DNA of 64,000 nucleotides from Tubiluchus corallicola. Taxonomy: Eukaryota; Animalia; Priapulida. Shown piece after piece: positions 21,720 to 32,713 of the stretch (within the stretch, counting starts at the first letter, position 1; every line of letters starts with the position of its first letter). The stretch is taken from positions 62,001 to 126,000 of the forward strand of contig JAQGDQ010000111.1 of the NCBI GenBank assembly GCA_030141605.1, read 5' to 3'. A model generated the notes under the pieces. The model saw only the letters and a program-made list of their open reading frames with translations. It made no database searches and was not told the origin of the DNA. Position numbers and translations under genes: made by a program.

Positions 21720-22266
21720 GGGAAAACCGGACAATTGTGTAAACATTAGTTCAGAATAAAGAATGCTCTAAAATATTGAAAACTGCAATAGCTTTTTTTA
21801 AATCAAATCTTTATTTGATTAAATAATCATTACCTCGGATACTCAAATTTCGTTAAACCTTCAAAGCTACGTGCGGCTCTGTGAATCTACTAAGATTGGC
21901 AATGGCGCCTTTTTGTCACATTCGCATGGCCGACAAATAGAAGGTGGTACCGTGATAACCATGATCATGAACTGCATTGTTAGTTTCTGAGCGTCACATG
22001 ACGTAGAGCCCATTTTTGTGACATCACGCGTTTAAGCAGTAACACTTATGCAAACGTGCTTGACGTGCAAGGAAAGATGCCTACCATTGCACAAACTGTG
22101 GTTAGTTTCTGACGTAACCAATAGCTGTGTTCGGTTGCCGTTAATTAACTTTCTAAGCTAATTATTCAAACATAAGAAACAATTGCTAACTTTTATTGGC
22201 AAAAAATGTACGCTTTGTTCTGTAAATTAAAATGAGATTGAGTCTAAACAATTGTCCGGTTTTCCT
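21720..22266. mobile_element. Kolobok-like MITE in the nuclear receptor 3' region
   Basis: TTAA|GGGAAAACCGGACAATTGT ... ACAATTGTCCGGTTTTCCT|TTAA; closely similar copy at 39212-39725. Confidence 0.85.
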
Positions 22267-25200
22267 TTAACATATTACTATGTGAAACCATTAATTTACT
22301 ATGTCTGACTGCATAAAAAAACAGTCACTTTCTTGCAGTTTCGAAATCTGTGAGTTTCCGTATGGCTAAATACACCACTGTGTGGAACAGGCTTTTGTTA
22401 TTCGAACTACGGCCGTGCGGAATGTGTGGGGGAACATCTTACATTAGTTATAACGGTGATTGGAAACATATCAAAAAACAGGTGTTATTTTAGTTGTACC
22501 TGTGTTACTATACTGTAGTCGCAAAAATAGTTCAAGTAGTTGTAAAGATTTTAAAGCATTTCCCAGACGGAACTCTAAACACCAAATATTGGCAAATCGG
22601 AGATTTTTCAAAAAAAGTTAAAAAGAAACTTAACGATTCCTCAAAAGTCTGAAAATTCTGCATTGCGGATTTTTTTGATATCCAGTTTAAATATCTATAA
22701 CTACTATTCTGCATCACAGATTCAGCTTAAGATCAACATTAACTTGGCTAATTCAAAGTGGCAAAACCTCAGTTTGCTAAATTTGGCTGTTGATCTTGGT
22801 AATATGGAACACCTTTTGAGTAGTTTTCTTGCCAAATGCCTCATTTGAATTTAACTAAAGATTGCATGGTGTGGTGCCATTGTAGACTCGTTTACGACAG
22901 AAGAATTTCCTTTCTTTAGTTTTGTTTAGTAAGATCAAAATTTATTGCTATTTTTATTTACCTTGAGAAAACAAAGATGTGCCGTGATAAACGAGTTAGA
23001 AATCGTGAGACTCGCAGTAACAAGGTGAAAGGTGAGAGGTCTTGTGTCCCATGAAGAATAATATTGCTTCTTTTAATCAATGTGTCTACATATGTTTACA
23101 GTCAGCAATGCAGATTTAAGTTCGAATTTGTGGCGGGTTAGTATTAAAGGAACAGATCAATAATTAATTCAAATAATTCAATGAAAATCTGCAGCTTCAT
23201 CTCTTTCTGTTATCATCTTCTTGGAGCCATTGCAACTTTTGTGCAATAGACTTTAATGTTTGCAAGCTGCAGTTTTTGTGCAAGTCCCATTTATACCCTG
23301 CTATTTCCTCCAATATATTTGAACTTATTCGCCAAAATATGCTTTCATTATTGAAAAGTATGCTCAGTTATATAATAGTAAAATAGTTGAGATCTGTCCA
23401 CTAAGGGCTATCTCATCTTATGTGCAATATCACTCTCAATTTTCATAAAAATGTAAATTGTAGTTAGGTTATAGGCCTATTACGAGTCCATTTTGCAGCT
23501 ACTAAACATGGGAATTTGAAATGCATCTGTGGCACAATTTCTTGGGAATTTTAACTGTTACTGATGTTTTTGCCTTTAGAGTGTCCTTAGTACTAAATAT
23601 TTTTAACTGAATAAGTGCATATTAATCTTAAAGATGTAATGAAATTATGGAAAATTTGATTCCTGGTATGTTCTGTTCTGAGCAGCGCCACCTATTAGTC
23701 AATGTTGTTAATATTTGTACTCGCACTAACAGTGCCCTTCATAGTGTTAAAATTTGAACAATGTTACTAATTTTTATTCTAACTATGATTTGGGGAAATT
23801 TTATACTTCTGCATTAATGCAGTGCATTTGTAATTTAAAACGTTATGTAACATGAGTAATATAGCTACACCTGGAGTAACTGCTCGAAGTTTATAAATGT
23901 ATCTGCATTACGGGTAACTTATATTAGATCTATATTGTCATAGAAACAATTTTTTGCAACATTTCATATATTTATTAGCCCGTGTGTGTTTTAGCCATGT
24001 TTCGTCTTCAATTTTTCGATTTTAAAATACTGTATGTGCACATGGTACGCTCTTTTTAATGTGTGATTGTTGTGTGCTTGTTCAGTGTGTATGCGTGCTG
24101 TCTTTTCACATTCACGCCAAGGCATTTTACCTTTTCAATGTAATTAATGATCGTGTTAGATTTTAGTGTTTAGATTTTTGCTCAAGGGGAAACAAATTTG
24201 TGAAACTTTTTGTCAATATCGTACGGACCTAGCACGCGTCTACGCATTTTTAATGTAGCTGGTAATTAGTCATTTCATTTATTGTTTAATTTACACAAAG
24301 TATTAACTTATGTAGTTAGAAAGAAATTCATGTTTCTTTTCATAAAACGAAGTGCATTCCAAAATATTGCTATTATTGACAAATGTAGATCTTCAAGAAT
24401 GAAAGCTTTAATGCTTAAGATTGTATTCAGTTCTGTGTAGTCTACCTCTTGACAGCACTTGGTCCATTTCAGCTAGAAGCATTTCAGCATGCTGACGCAC
24501 CAACTTCATTTGTTTTGTAGCAATCCACTAGAAATTTCGCGAGTGTCGTAGTACTCGATTCTGTACTCGGCTACCTGACTTTCTGACTCCGTAAACTTGA
24601 TTAAATCTTTAAAGTTGACAATAGTTTCTAATCCATGCAGCTAAAATCGTGTGTGCATTACCATGCAAGTAAGATTGGAGTTTGCTCATTGCTGGCCTCG
24701 TGTCTTTCCAACTGCAGTTAAATGTGTGTCAAGAGTATCGGCATTATATACACAGTCTGCAAGTATTACCGTAAAAGCTTCTCAGCCTCCGTGCAATTAC
24801 GAGATTTATTGATGATGCGGGTCTCGTTTCAAATGTTTTCTAAACGTGTTTTCATGTGTAAATTGACTATGGAAAAACTGTTTTCTAAATATTTGTGCCA
24901 TATGTAATTTTACTGCTCTCTACATTATACAATAGCAAATTGGCTAACCGAGTTTCACTCTGTTAAAATTATTAAGTTATGATAAATCCAGTGTAAGTTG
25001 TGGCCGTAAATCAAAATGTATCGAAAACATTTTTATAAAATAAAAAGTTTATTGTTTGTAGGCTGGCCTCCCATTTTGTAATTTGAGTAAATTTAATTAT
25101 TTGTACGTCACATTGTGTCTTAAAACAGGTTTGCTCAAATTTGCAATGCATCGTAAAAGATAGAAACAGTAGTAAATATAAACAGTATGTTACTTACGTT

Positions 25201-25334
25201 AAGATATGTCGTCATTTGTTATTATCTTTTGCATGCAGTGTGGCATGTGGTTGTTACGTGTTTACAAAGTTTAATTGAAATTTGAATCAGTATTTTGTGA
25301 ATTAATGGTTGTTGCCTTTGAATGTTCTTCTGTT

Positions 25335-25340
25335 AATAAA
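25335..25340 (+). terminator. candidate distal polyadenylation signal of the nuclear receptor (implying a ~3.9 kb 3' UTR)
   Basis: AATAAA closing a long U-rich region; alternatives at 21755 and ~25039. Confidence 0.3.
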
Positions 25341-25689
25341 TTGTGTCTAGCTGACCAGAGGCTGTTCGCACTTATTTTGATATACATCAAATCATCTTCG
25401 TACAAAGCGCATTTATAAACACTAAACAGAAAATTCAGTATCAAACAGTTTTTTTCACGTTTGTAGCGTGAACAGGTGTTGAACTTCGTGGATTGGTTAG
25501 TGGGCGTATGACGTCATTGTTTTCAATTCGGCATTTTATCATTCAATGATATTCCTTGATACTAGTTCAGATACCAACAATAAGACTATGTATTTGGACT
25601 AACCATATGAAGAGAAAAAACAGAATATGAATAGAATATAATTAACAAACGTCAAAAACTCTTATTAGTATTCTAATAGTAATAGTAAT

Positions 25690-25960
25690 TTATTTTCCTC
25701 CATATATAATAATTTGACAATAAAATACACAAAAATACAAACGAACATAGGAGAAAGGGTGGCGAAAAACCAAAGGTTATCGAGTCAACCACCCTTCTCA
25801 AAGGACAGTAAACAAAAGGACGCTAACGACAGTAGACACAGCTATATTAAAAAATACATAAACGTGCAGAAATACAAAAACAAAAGTACAACAGCGAAAA
25901 ACAAAAATAAAAAACCAAAAACCATGACAAATTTACGAACTACTAGTACTAAGCAAAATA
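25690..25960 (-). mobile_element. non-LTR retroelement 3' fragment (same family as 2430-2761)
   Basis: Reverse complement of the GAGAAGGGT..GCCACCCTTTCTC stem-loop at ~25750-25800. Confidence 0.5.
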
Positions 25961-26341
25961 CCTTACAATTGTTTCTGAGTGAAATCATTATGTCCATTTT
26001 GCTGACTGTGTTTGCCTGTAATATAAGAAGCATGTTCATTATTGTACATTATAGAAAGTGAGTTTGCACCTTATAAAAATGTTTTTCAGCAAAACATTTG
26101 TCTTGTGTAACTTTCTCCGGAGTATTATGCTTTGTAATTCTGAGCCACATTTAGGCCCAAGTCGCGCAAACACATAATACGTAAACTTACAGCTAACCTG
26201 TAATAACTATTATGTGATAAAGGTATACTATAGAGAAAAATTAACTTCATTCAACGCTTGGTATAATTGAAAAGGCCCATTTAATATTTATGCAAAAAAA
26301 AAACATTAAACAACTACACTTTTCCCGATTTTCTTCCAATC

Positions 26342-26584
26342 TTACAAAAGACTTTGACATATGAAGTTCAGATTCCATACGCACCAAATGTCAGCCCCAT
26401 TTATCCTCCTCTGGAACCTGTCTGAGCGCCACGCAGTGTTCTATCTTGCCAAATGAGGACGTTTTGTGTTCGGGTTGGTCATCCAGCCAGTCGCGATAAT
26501 AAGTGGAAGTAAGAAATCTGCCAATATTCAAAAAAGCATATTGGCCTTCCTCTGCCAGATCGTTTAATCCAGTCCAATAAGCAA
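26342..26584 (-). CDS. C-type lectin exon 3 (CRD second half; frameshifted at ~26394-26399)
   Basis: TTTTTAG|TT acceptor; FAYWTGLNDL... Confidence 0.8.
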
Positions 26585-29394
26585 CTAAAAAGAAAAAATG
26601 GAAAAGTATCAATTATCATATTCTGGAAATGAAGTTTTATTTGGTGTCTGTAACAAAATCCATGACCAGTTGATTTATTTATTGATATCACCCGCTTGTT
26701 TGTCATGCTTTGAACTACAACTGATTCAGGAGTTTTGCTTGTAGCTATATATAATTATTATTTATCTTTTTGTAGTTAAGTACATGCCATATTAATACAC
26801 AATAATTGTAAATCGTGGTATTACGTAAAATGTGTATGCCTATAATTCTTATTCTTATTTATAATTGTGATAGGCATGGCAAATGCGTTACTGTTGTTGT
26901 TGTCTTCGATGTGGAAGAAGCTTTGTCAAAAGTTTCTTTTTTCAATTACTCAGCGCATTTTTCAGTTTCCTATGAGGAGAATAATCTGCATAAATAGGGT
27001 TTTTAGACCTATGTACTGTTACCATCTGTAAATTGTACGGTGTTTACTAAATTTTGGTGCCAAGTAATGTTACAAGCTACACAGTAACTCATATTTTGAC
27101 ATACCGGTGCGGCTATCCATGAACTTCGTTCCACCAGTTTTGGTGAAAATTCGACGAATTAAATATTTGTATCTTGAAACGTACACACCCAGCAGAAGAC
27201 AGTGACAACCGAACCTGGTCACGATTATGTGATCAGTTTGATCAGATTTTTAATAACCTACACGCAAAACTTTTCCAGGTTTTTCGCAAAAAATCTGCAC
27301 GGTTCGTTGTTGCAGAACTAACACAAAACAATAAACCTCAGTTTCTTTCAGTTTCGTTGTGCAGACGTGCAGTTGCTGTAGGTCAAAGATTAAGCGTACA
27401 ACAGCAACGCGTCTTAACTACAACCGTCTCGTTACGTGTGGATAAAGCAAAGCCGTCTTCCGCTTCAATTCAATAACTTCAGTTGTTTTACGTGAATTTT
27501 ACTTAACTATGCAATAGTCTGTGCGTAGAGAGATTTACTAGCAGAATCTTGCTTGGGAACACGAAAAAATAAACTAGGTAAAAAATGAAACATGTTAATA
27601 AAACTGTTAGTACTACAATAGCAATGGCTGCGAGGCGTTCTCAAGTGTACACAAATGAGTTGTCTGGCACATTTAACCTTTGACCTTTTCACGATCATCA
27701 TCAGTCGCTGGAACTGTGAAAAAGCATGTTGTTAATCGTGGCCTAACCGATTGTGATTCCATCACGAAAGTCAATTTTGATTTTTACCAGACCGAACCAC
27801 AATAACTAAAAAAAATTCTACACATTTTTCTCAATCTAAAATTAACGTGCCTTTACATGTAAATCAAATTCGCGTTTCCTTTACCTGCCTTTATGGCGGC
27901 ATAATAGCAATGGTTATTTATTTATTTATTCATTAATTTTCCACCTTTAATGTACAAAGTCGTTAAGTTATAACGCTTTCATTTCTACTGCAAATTGAAA
28001 TTCTGGCACAAGGTGGTTCATAGTCAGGGCACGCAAACCGAATATACGGTCAAAACCGAATTAAATAAAATTACAAATTTAAAAAGAAACTGAGGGAATT
28101 ACTTATAAATAGACGTTAGTTACAATGTATTTTCTTTTCTTTTAACTGTATCAAGCTTTATGTAATATTAATTCTTTATTTTTAATATTGATTATTTTAT
28201 ATTTTTACTGCTATGTAATATAGACTGTGGAAAGAAAAACCTCATTTATGGGGCCTGCATATGTAATGTAAAAATAATAATAATAAATAGGGCATAACGT
28301 TACATTTCCTGCTGTCAACTTCCATTCATTAATCTACATAGGCCTACCGCGCAACAACCCCCCCCCCCCTCCCCGGATACGGGCAAACAGATTTTTTTCT
28401 GGCAATCACAAAATTTTTCGGGCGCCGGTCACAAAAAAATGAAATAATATTTTTCACAAAAGGAAATTTCGAATGCCGCCAAATGAAGTGCCCAAAATCC
28501 GGTCATTTTTATCATGGAGTGGGGAGGGGCAATTCCCGACTCGACGTTAGCCTGCTCTTTTTCCGCCTATTTTACAGGCAAAAGTGGCTCAGCTCCCTCC
28601 CCCTGGAAAAATCGGCCAGTACGCCTATGTTTTCACGTCCAGGTGTCATTGCCATGCTACTTACAGGGTATTCTCCTGTCATAGCCATGCCATGCCGTCC
28701 ACTGTCCAGTGTCCTTTAATAATCATCTACGCATATGTTTTCACGTCCACGTAGTGTTACTGTCACTGTCATTGCCATACTACTTACAGGACGTTCTCCA
28801 GTCATAGCCATACCATGCCGTCCACTGTCTAGAGTCCATCAATAATCATCTACGCATATGTTTTCACGTCCACGTAATGTCACTGTCACTGGCATTGCCA
28901 TATTACTTACAGGGTAACCTCCTGTAAGCTTTGCCAAGCCCCTCTGCCACCAACGATTCGTTGAATTCCAGACTGAATTCTATGACCAGTCGCTTGATAT
29001 CTGGAGTGTCAATCTCCACAAGCCTCATTACACGCCTGTGACATTCTCGAACCGCGGTGAACCAGTTGACTTGTCCCATTGCGAAGAGGTAGCAGTACTT
29101 GTCATCCGTCTTCCATGGGTGTCTTGGTTCGCATAATCCCTCTGGGCAGCCTTTTGGTGGACAACCGCCACTAACTATTCTAGACTGACCTGTCTCTTCC
29201 AGCACAGTATCTGAAATGACTTGTCTAGTAAAAAAATGTTTGGCTCCAGCCATAAAATATGATTGCAGTGTGTCTTCTTTTGTATGAATATTATTGAGTT
29301 CTTTAGTTTAGTATAAGTAAACCTATACAGCATACGCTCACAGAATCAAGTCACTGCATAAATACGTGATCAAGGTACAACTGAGGAGCCTCAT
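26342..29394 (-). CDS. secreted single-CRD C-type lectin; 1-nt frameshift near the 3' end (possible pseudogene, null allele or assembly error)
   Basis: complement(join(26342-26584,28911-29224,29342-29394)). Signal peptide MRLLSCTLITYLCSDLILQVIS; CTLD motifs KYCYLF..VNWFTAVREC..MRLVEIDT..YWTGLNDLAEEGQY..W..QPE..EHCVAL. In-frame TGA at 26391-26393, but the +1 frame continues DIWCVWNLNFICQSLL*. Confidence 0.8.
27350..27727. mobile_element. second copy of the 16154-16575 element
   Basis: Colinear similarity from GTTTCGTTGTGC to CGCTGGAACTGTGAAAAAGC. Confidence 0.7.
28337..28629. mobile_element. hAT-like MITE
   Basis: CATAGGCCTAC ... GTACGCCTATG termini, GC-rich interior; no clear TSD. Confidence 0.5.
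28620..28925. repeat. 123-bp-period tandem repeat including the lectin exon 2 donor site
   Basis: ACTTACAGG at 28659, 28782 and 28905. Confidence 0.85.
28911..29224 (-). CDS. C-type lectin exon 2
   Basis: TTTTTTACTAG|A acceptor; QVISDTVLEE..GCPPKGCPEGLC..KYCYLF; donor T|GTAAGT. Confidence 0.85.
29342..29394 (-). CDS. C-type lectin exon 1 (signal peptide)
   Basis: ATG at 29394, MRLLSCTLITYLCSDLI; donor CT|GTGAGC, phase 2 matches exon 2. Confidence 0.7.
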
Positions 29395-29453
29395 GGAAGA
29401 AGATGGACGCCACGAAAAATCCCAAAATACTATTTACAAAAATGTTTTATTGT

Positions 29454-29494
29454 AACTGATGGCGTTTTGAGCACATATTTTCTCTTCTTATATA
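29454..29494 (-). promoter_or_regulatory. candidate lectin core promoter (TATATAAG + TCAGTT Inr)
   Basis: TATA-like at 29494-29487 and Inr at 29459-29454, about 60 nt upstream of the ATG. Confidence 0.35.
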
Positions 29495-29496
29495 TG

Positions 29497-29535
<39 letters not shown>

Positions 29536-29566
29536 GCGTGTGCGTGTGCGTGTGCGTGTGCGTGTG
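29495..29566. repeat. microsatellite (TG)n(CGTGTG)n
   Basis: Directly visible. Confidence 0.95.
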
Positions 29567-31093
29567 ACGGGCATTATATGATATGGGATTCTTCATAAAA
29601 ATCTGTTGATTTTATTTTAAAGTACAGTCTTCTAAAATGAGATACATGACTGACAGAGGTATGAAAATCCTCCCGTAATGAGAGAAACAACAGTGTGACA
29701 GTGTGAAAATGCATAGATGCAATTTCGCCTACCCATTCATTCACTAAGCAAACCCAGTAAGCTCATGGCATGCCCACTTTTGTCATTTAGCGCTTATGTA
29801 TGTATAAATTTCGCGTATAAATTTCTAGCTAACAAACTACCATATACGTTACCCATACATTTCCGGACCAGCTTGGCGTTGCTTAGCTTCGATTGTCATT
29901 TCCCTTACGAATTGTTACAATTTTGTAAAATGTAAGACATCGAGACTTACAATTGTGTATGTTTTCAACCATTTTCTCAGTCTTCTCCAGTGTACTTTTT
30001 ACTTCATAACAAACTCCGTTAACTTCGTTTGGCTGAGTGTAAGCAACAATGAACAACTTATAAAAATTTTCCACGAAGTGAAAGGAAACCGGCAATTGAT
30101 TACAGGTAAATGTTATGCATATTAGTTCAAGGTTCTGTACAATGATGAAAGTTTAAACTGTAAACAGAGAAATAAACCAGTTTTATAGCCGAAATTTTGT
30201 AAGTTCTTGTATGAGATTTTAATTTAATATTTTAGCAAGAGAATGTAATAATATGACTATCCAAAGGATGTATGCATGTACAATATGCTATTGATCATTC
30301 CAAGAATAAGTGCATGTACAATAATGCTATTGATAATAATAATTCTGATTAATTACGACACACTAATAATCAAATAAACAAAAGGAAAGAATCGTGAGCT
30401 TCACGACAAAGAAAACTAAACATGCCCTACAAACGGTCTCAAAATTCTAAAAGTATAGAACAACTGTTCAAAAAAAATTCCCTGAATTGTGAGCTGCAAA
30501 CTTTGTAATTATTTCAAGCTTCTGAGCCAATAAATCAATAACACATTTGGGCTGAAAATGTCAACAAAATCATCCTATACAGTTAACGAAAGTAATAAGT
30601 TTGGCTTCCTGGTCCCTGTACACAAAGCTCGAGTTCAACACAACTATATAGCAAAATACTGCATTATATTGCGCTATAAACAGGAAACGATTTTAGAACC
30701 TGAACAATGCGAAGTAAGTGTTAGTCTTTTACTTTATCCGAGCACGCCAGAGTTCATCACATGCGGATTAAAATAATAAAAGGACGATTATAAAGCCTTT
30801 TCCATACTAATTTTTAAGGCAAAGGGTTTTTATCCAGAATTTTTTAATGAGGGTCCAAGTAGTTTGATTAAAACCGATGCTATAAGCATGACCAACATAC
30901 TTACACTCCACATAAAAGTAACCTACAGATCTAGACACGTCAAAGCTGGGGCATGTCACATATATTATGACCCACCATAGCAACACCTAGTTTCCTGGAA
31001 ACTTGAACCTGGTGATAAATGGAAACCTCAGTTAGCCTGATTTCTCAGATTTCTTTCTTGCCGTAGGATATTATAGCTTCACGAAAGTCAAAA

Positions 31094-32713
31094 ATGGTTC
31101 TTATATACGATAGGTTTAGCAAAGGTATTCTTTTACAACCTATTTTATTCACGACAATGTTTTTCTTAGGCAGATCTAAATACTTTAGTCCGTCATGCGA
31201 AGAAGACGCAGAACTTAAGAGGATTTGGTGCAACAGAGAATCGGGAACATACTTGGTTCAAAACACACTGCGAATGCTACGTAAGAGATTGATGGACAGA
31301 GCTGCTGAAATTGGTATTATTTGTGTTTGGATAGACGATTATTATGACAACAAACTGCCCGAAGATCTCTTAGGTGGAACTGCAACACATCCAATTAAAT
31401 TGCACAGTTTTAGACTACGTCATGCTAGCCAGCTATTTACAATTGATGAGAACTTTCTGGATGCAGACTGTGTAAAAATACTGAGCATATTCAATGCTGT
31501 AAATTTGACAAGTATCCACCGTCGTGCATTCCACAACCAGAATCAAATGGTTGAAATTGAGATTGGCGACTGTACAAAACTGATGCATCTGGAAATGGAT
31601 GTCTCTAAATCTCCTGATCTCAGAGCCATTAAACTAATTCGCACTGGCATTACAACATTTGATGCACCAATACTTCACCCGAATATCGCATTTAACATAT
31701 TTAGTCTCTATTTCTTCGAAAATCCTTTCACATGTGACTGTAAGATGGCCTGGACAAAGAGTGAGCCGTGGAAGAATTCTTGGATTGACTGCAATACACC
31801 ACACTACAGCTGGAACAGCAGCAAAGAGGAGCTAACGTTAGATGACATATGTCACACCACTACAACCACCACTACAGTGACTTCCAGTACAACTGGTTAT
31901 CCAACTGGAAGTTCAACCACTGGTCCTACGTGTGTTGTTCTTGAAAACAAACCATACAAGCTAAGATGCGGTGACAATGGCCATATTCTTCCTCACACAT
32001 TGGCAAACATATCTACCTCAATTTTGGACATTGTGGCAGAGTTAATCATTAATAATTACGTACATGATCAGCTGCCAAAAGACTTTCTAAGAGGAAAGAA
32101 GGTGTCAAAATTAAAGTTTCTGAATTCAACTATAAAAGAATTGGGAGATTATGACCTACATGGTTCTGTGGAACACTTTGCAATGCATATGAACTACAAA
32201 ATTACTATAGTCCATTCCAAAGCATTTAAGCAGATGGTGCTTCTCCAATCGGTAAAGTTCTCAGTGTGTCCAAAGTTGACGACAGCAAACCTGGACCTCT
32301 CCCATAGTTTTGTGATTACCAAAATCTCTTTTATTGAAACAGCAATACAGCACATGACGATGCCTGTGTTACGTCAAAATGTTAGTCCCAGCGAAATTTC
32401 TTTCGAAATGCTATCTGGTCGGTTAGTGTGCAATTGCGATGCTGTTTGGATGAAGAATGTCCAATGGGCATCTAGTTCTGTAGATTGCTGGTCGCCCTTG
32501 AGGATATCACACCAATTTGTAACTGTCAGAGATTTCAATTGTCATTTAAAATATGCAGATTTCGAGGAAATCCCGGTAGTTTCAGATGCTGTTAAGATCA
32601 TCAGGAGCAGCATGCTATTATTTACTCTTCTTCTTCTAACATTAGCTGCTGTTCTGCGAGAAAGCTGTTTGCACTATAATTACTGTTTATGTGTTATACC
32701 TGACGCCCATTGA
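31094..32713 (+). CDS. leucine-rich-repeat cell-surface protein with two tandem LRR+LRRCT modules, Thr-rich linker and C-terminal hydrophobic anchor; 539 aa
   Basis: Uninterrupted ORF with an N-terminal hydrophobic stretch, LTSIHRRAF / ITIVHSKAF LRR motifs, LRRCT NPFTCDCKMAW and RLVCNCDAVW, and C-terminal MLLFTLLLLTLAAVL. Upstream acceptor TTCTTTCTTGCCGTAG (31066) and donor GTAAGT (30714) suggest a 5' UTR intron. Confidence 0.85.
   Translation: MVLIYDRFSKGILLQPILFTTMFFLGRSKYFSPSCEEDAELKRIWCNRESGTYLVQNTLRMLRKRLMDRAAEIGIICVWIDDYYDNKLPEDLLGGTATHPIKLHSFRLRHASQLFTIDENFLDADCVKILSIFNAVNLTSIHRRAFHNQNQMVEIEIGDCTKLMHLEMDVSKSPDLRAIKLIRTGITTFDAPILHPNIAFNIFSLYFFENPFTCDCKMAWTKSEPWKNSWIDCNTPHYSWNSSKEELTLDDICHTTTTTTTVTSSTTGYPTGSSTTGPTCVVLENKPYKLRCGDNGHILPHTLANISTSILDIVAELIINNYVHDQLPKDFLRGKKVSKLKFLNSTIKELGDYDLHGSVEHFAMHMNYKITIVHSKAFKQMVLLQSVKFSVCPKLTTANLDLSHSFVITKISFIETAIQHMTMPVLRQNVSPSEISFEMLSGRLVCNCDAVWMKNVQWASSSVDCWSPLRISHQFVTVRDFNCHLKYADFEEIPVVSDAVKIIRSSMLLFTLLLLTLAAVLRESCLHYNYCLCVIPDAH

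Noticed and set aside
25490-25520. CCAAT/GC/CRE promoter-like cluster
   Set aside because: It lies between convergent 3' ends with no associated exon; probably repeat-derived or chance.
30905-30986. Alternative lectin signal-peptide exon (- strand, VLLWWVIIYVTC...) that would interleave the lectin and LRR genes
   Set aside because: A simpler ATG-bearing, phase-correct exon 1 exists at 29342-29394. This candidate has no ATG and a weak acceptor.
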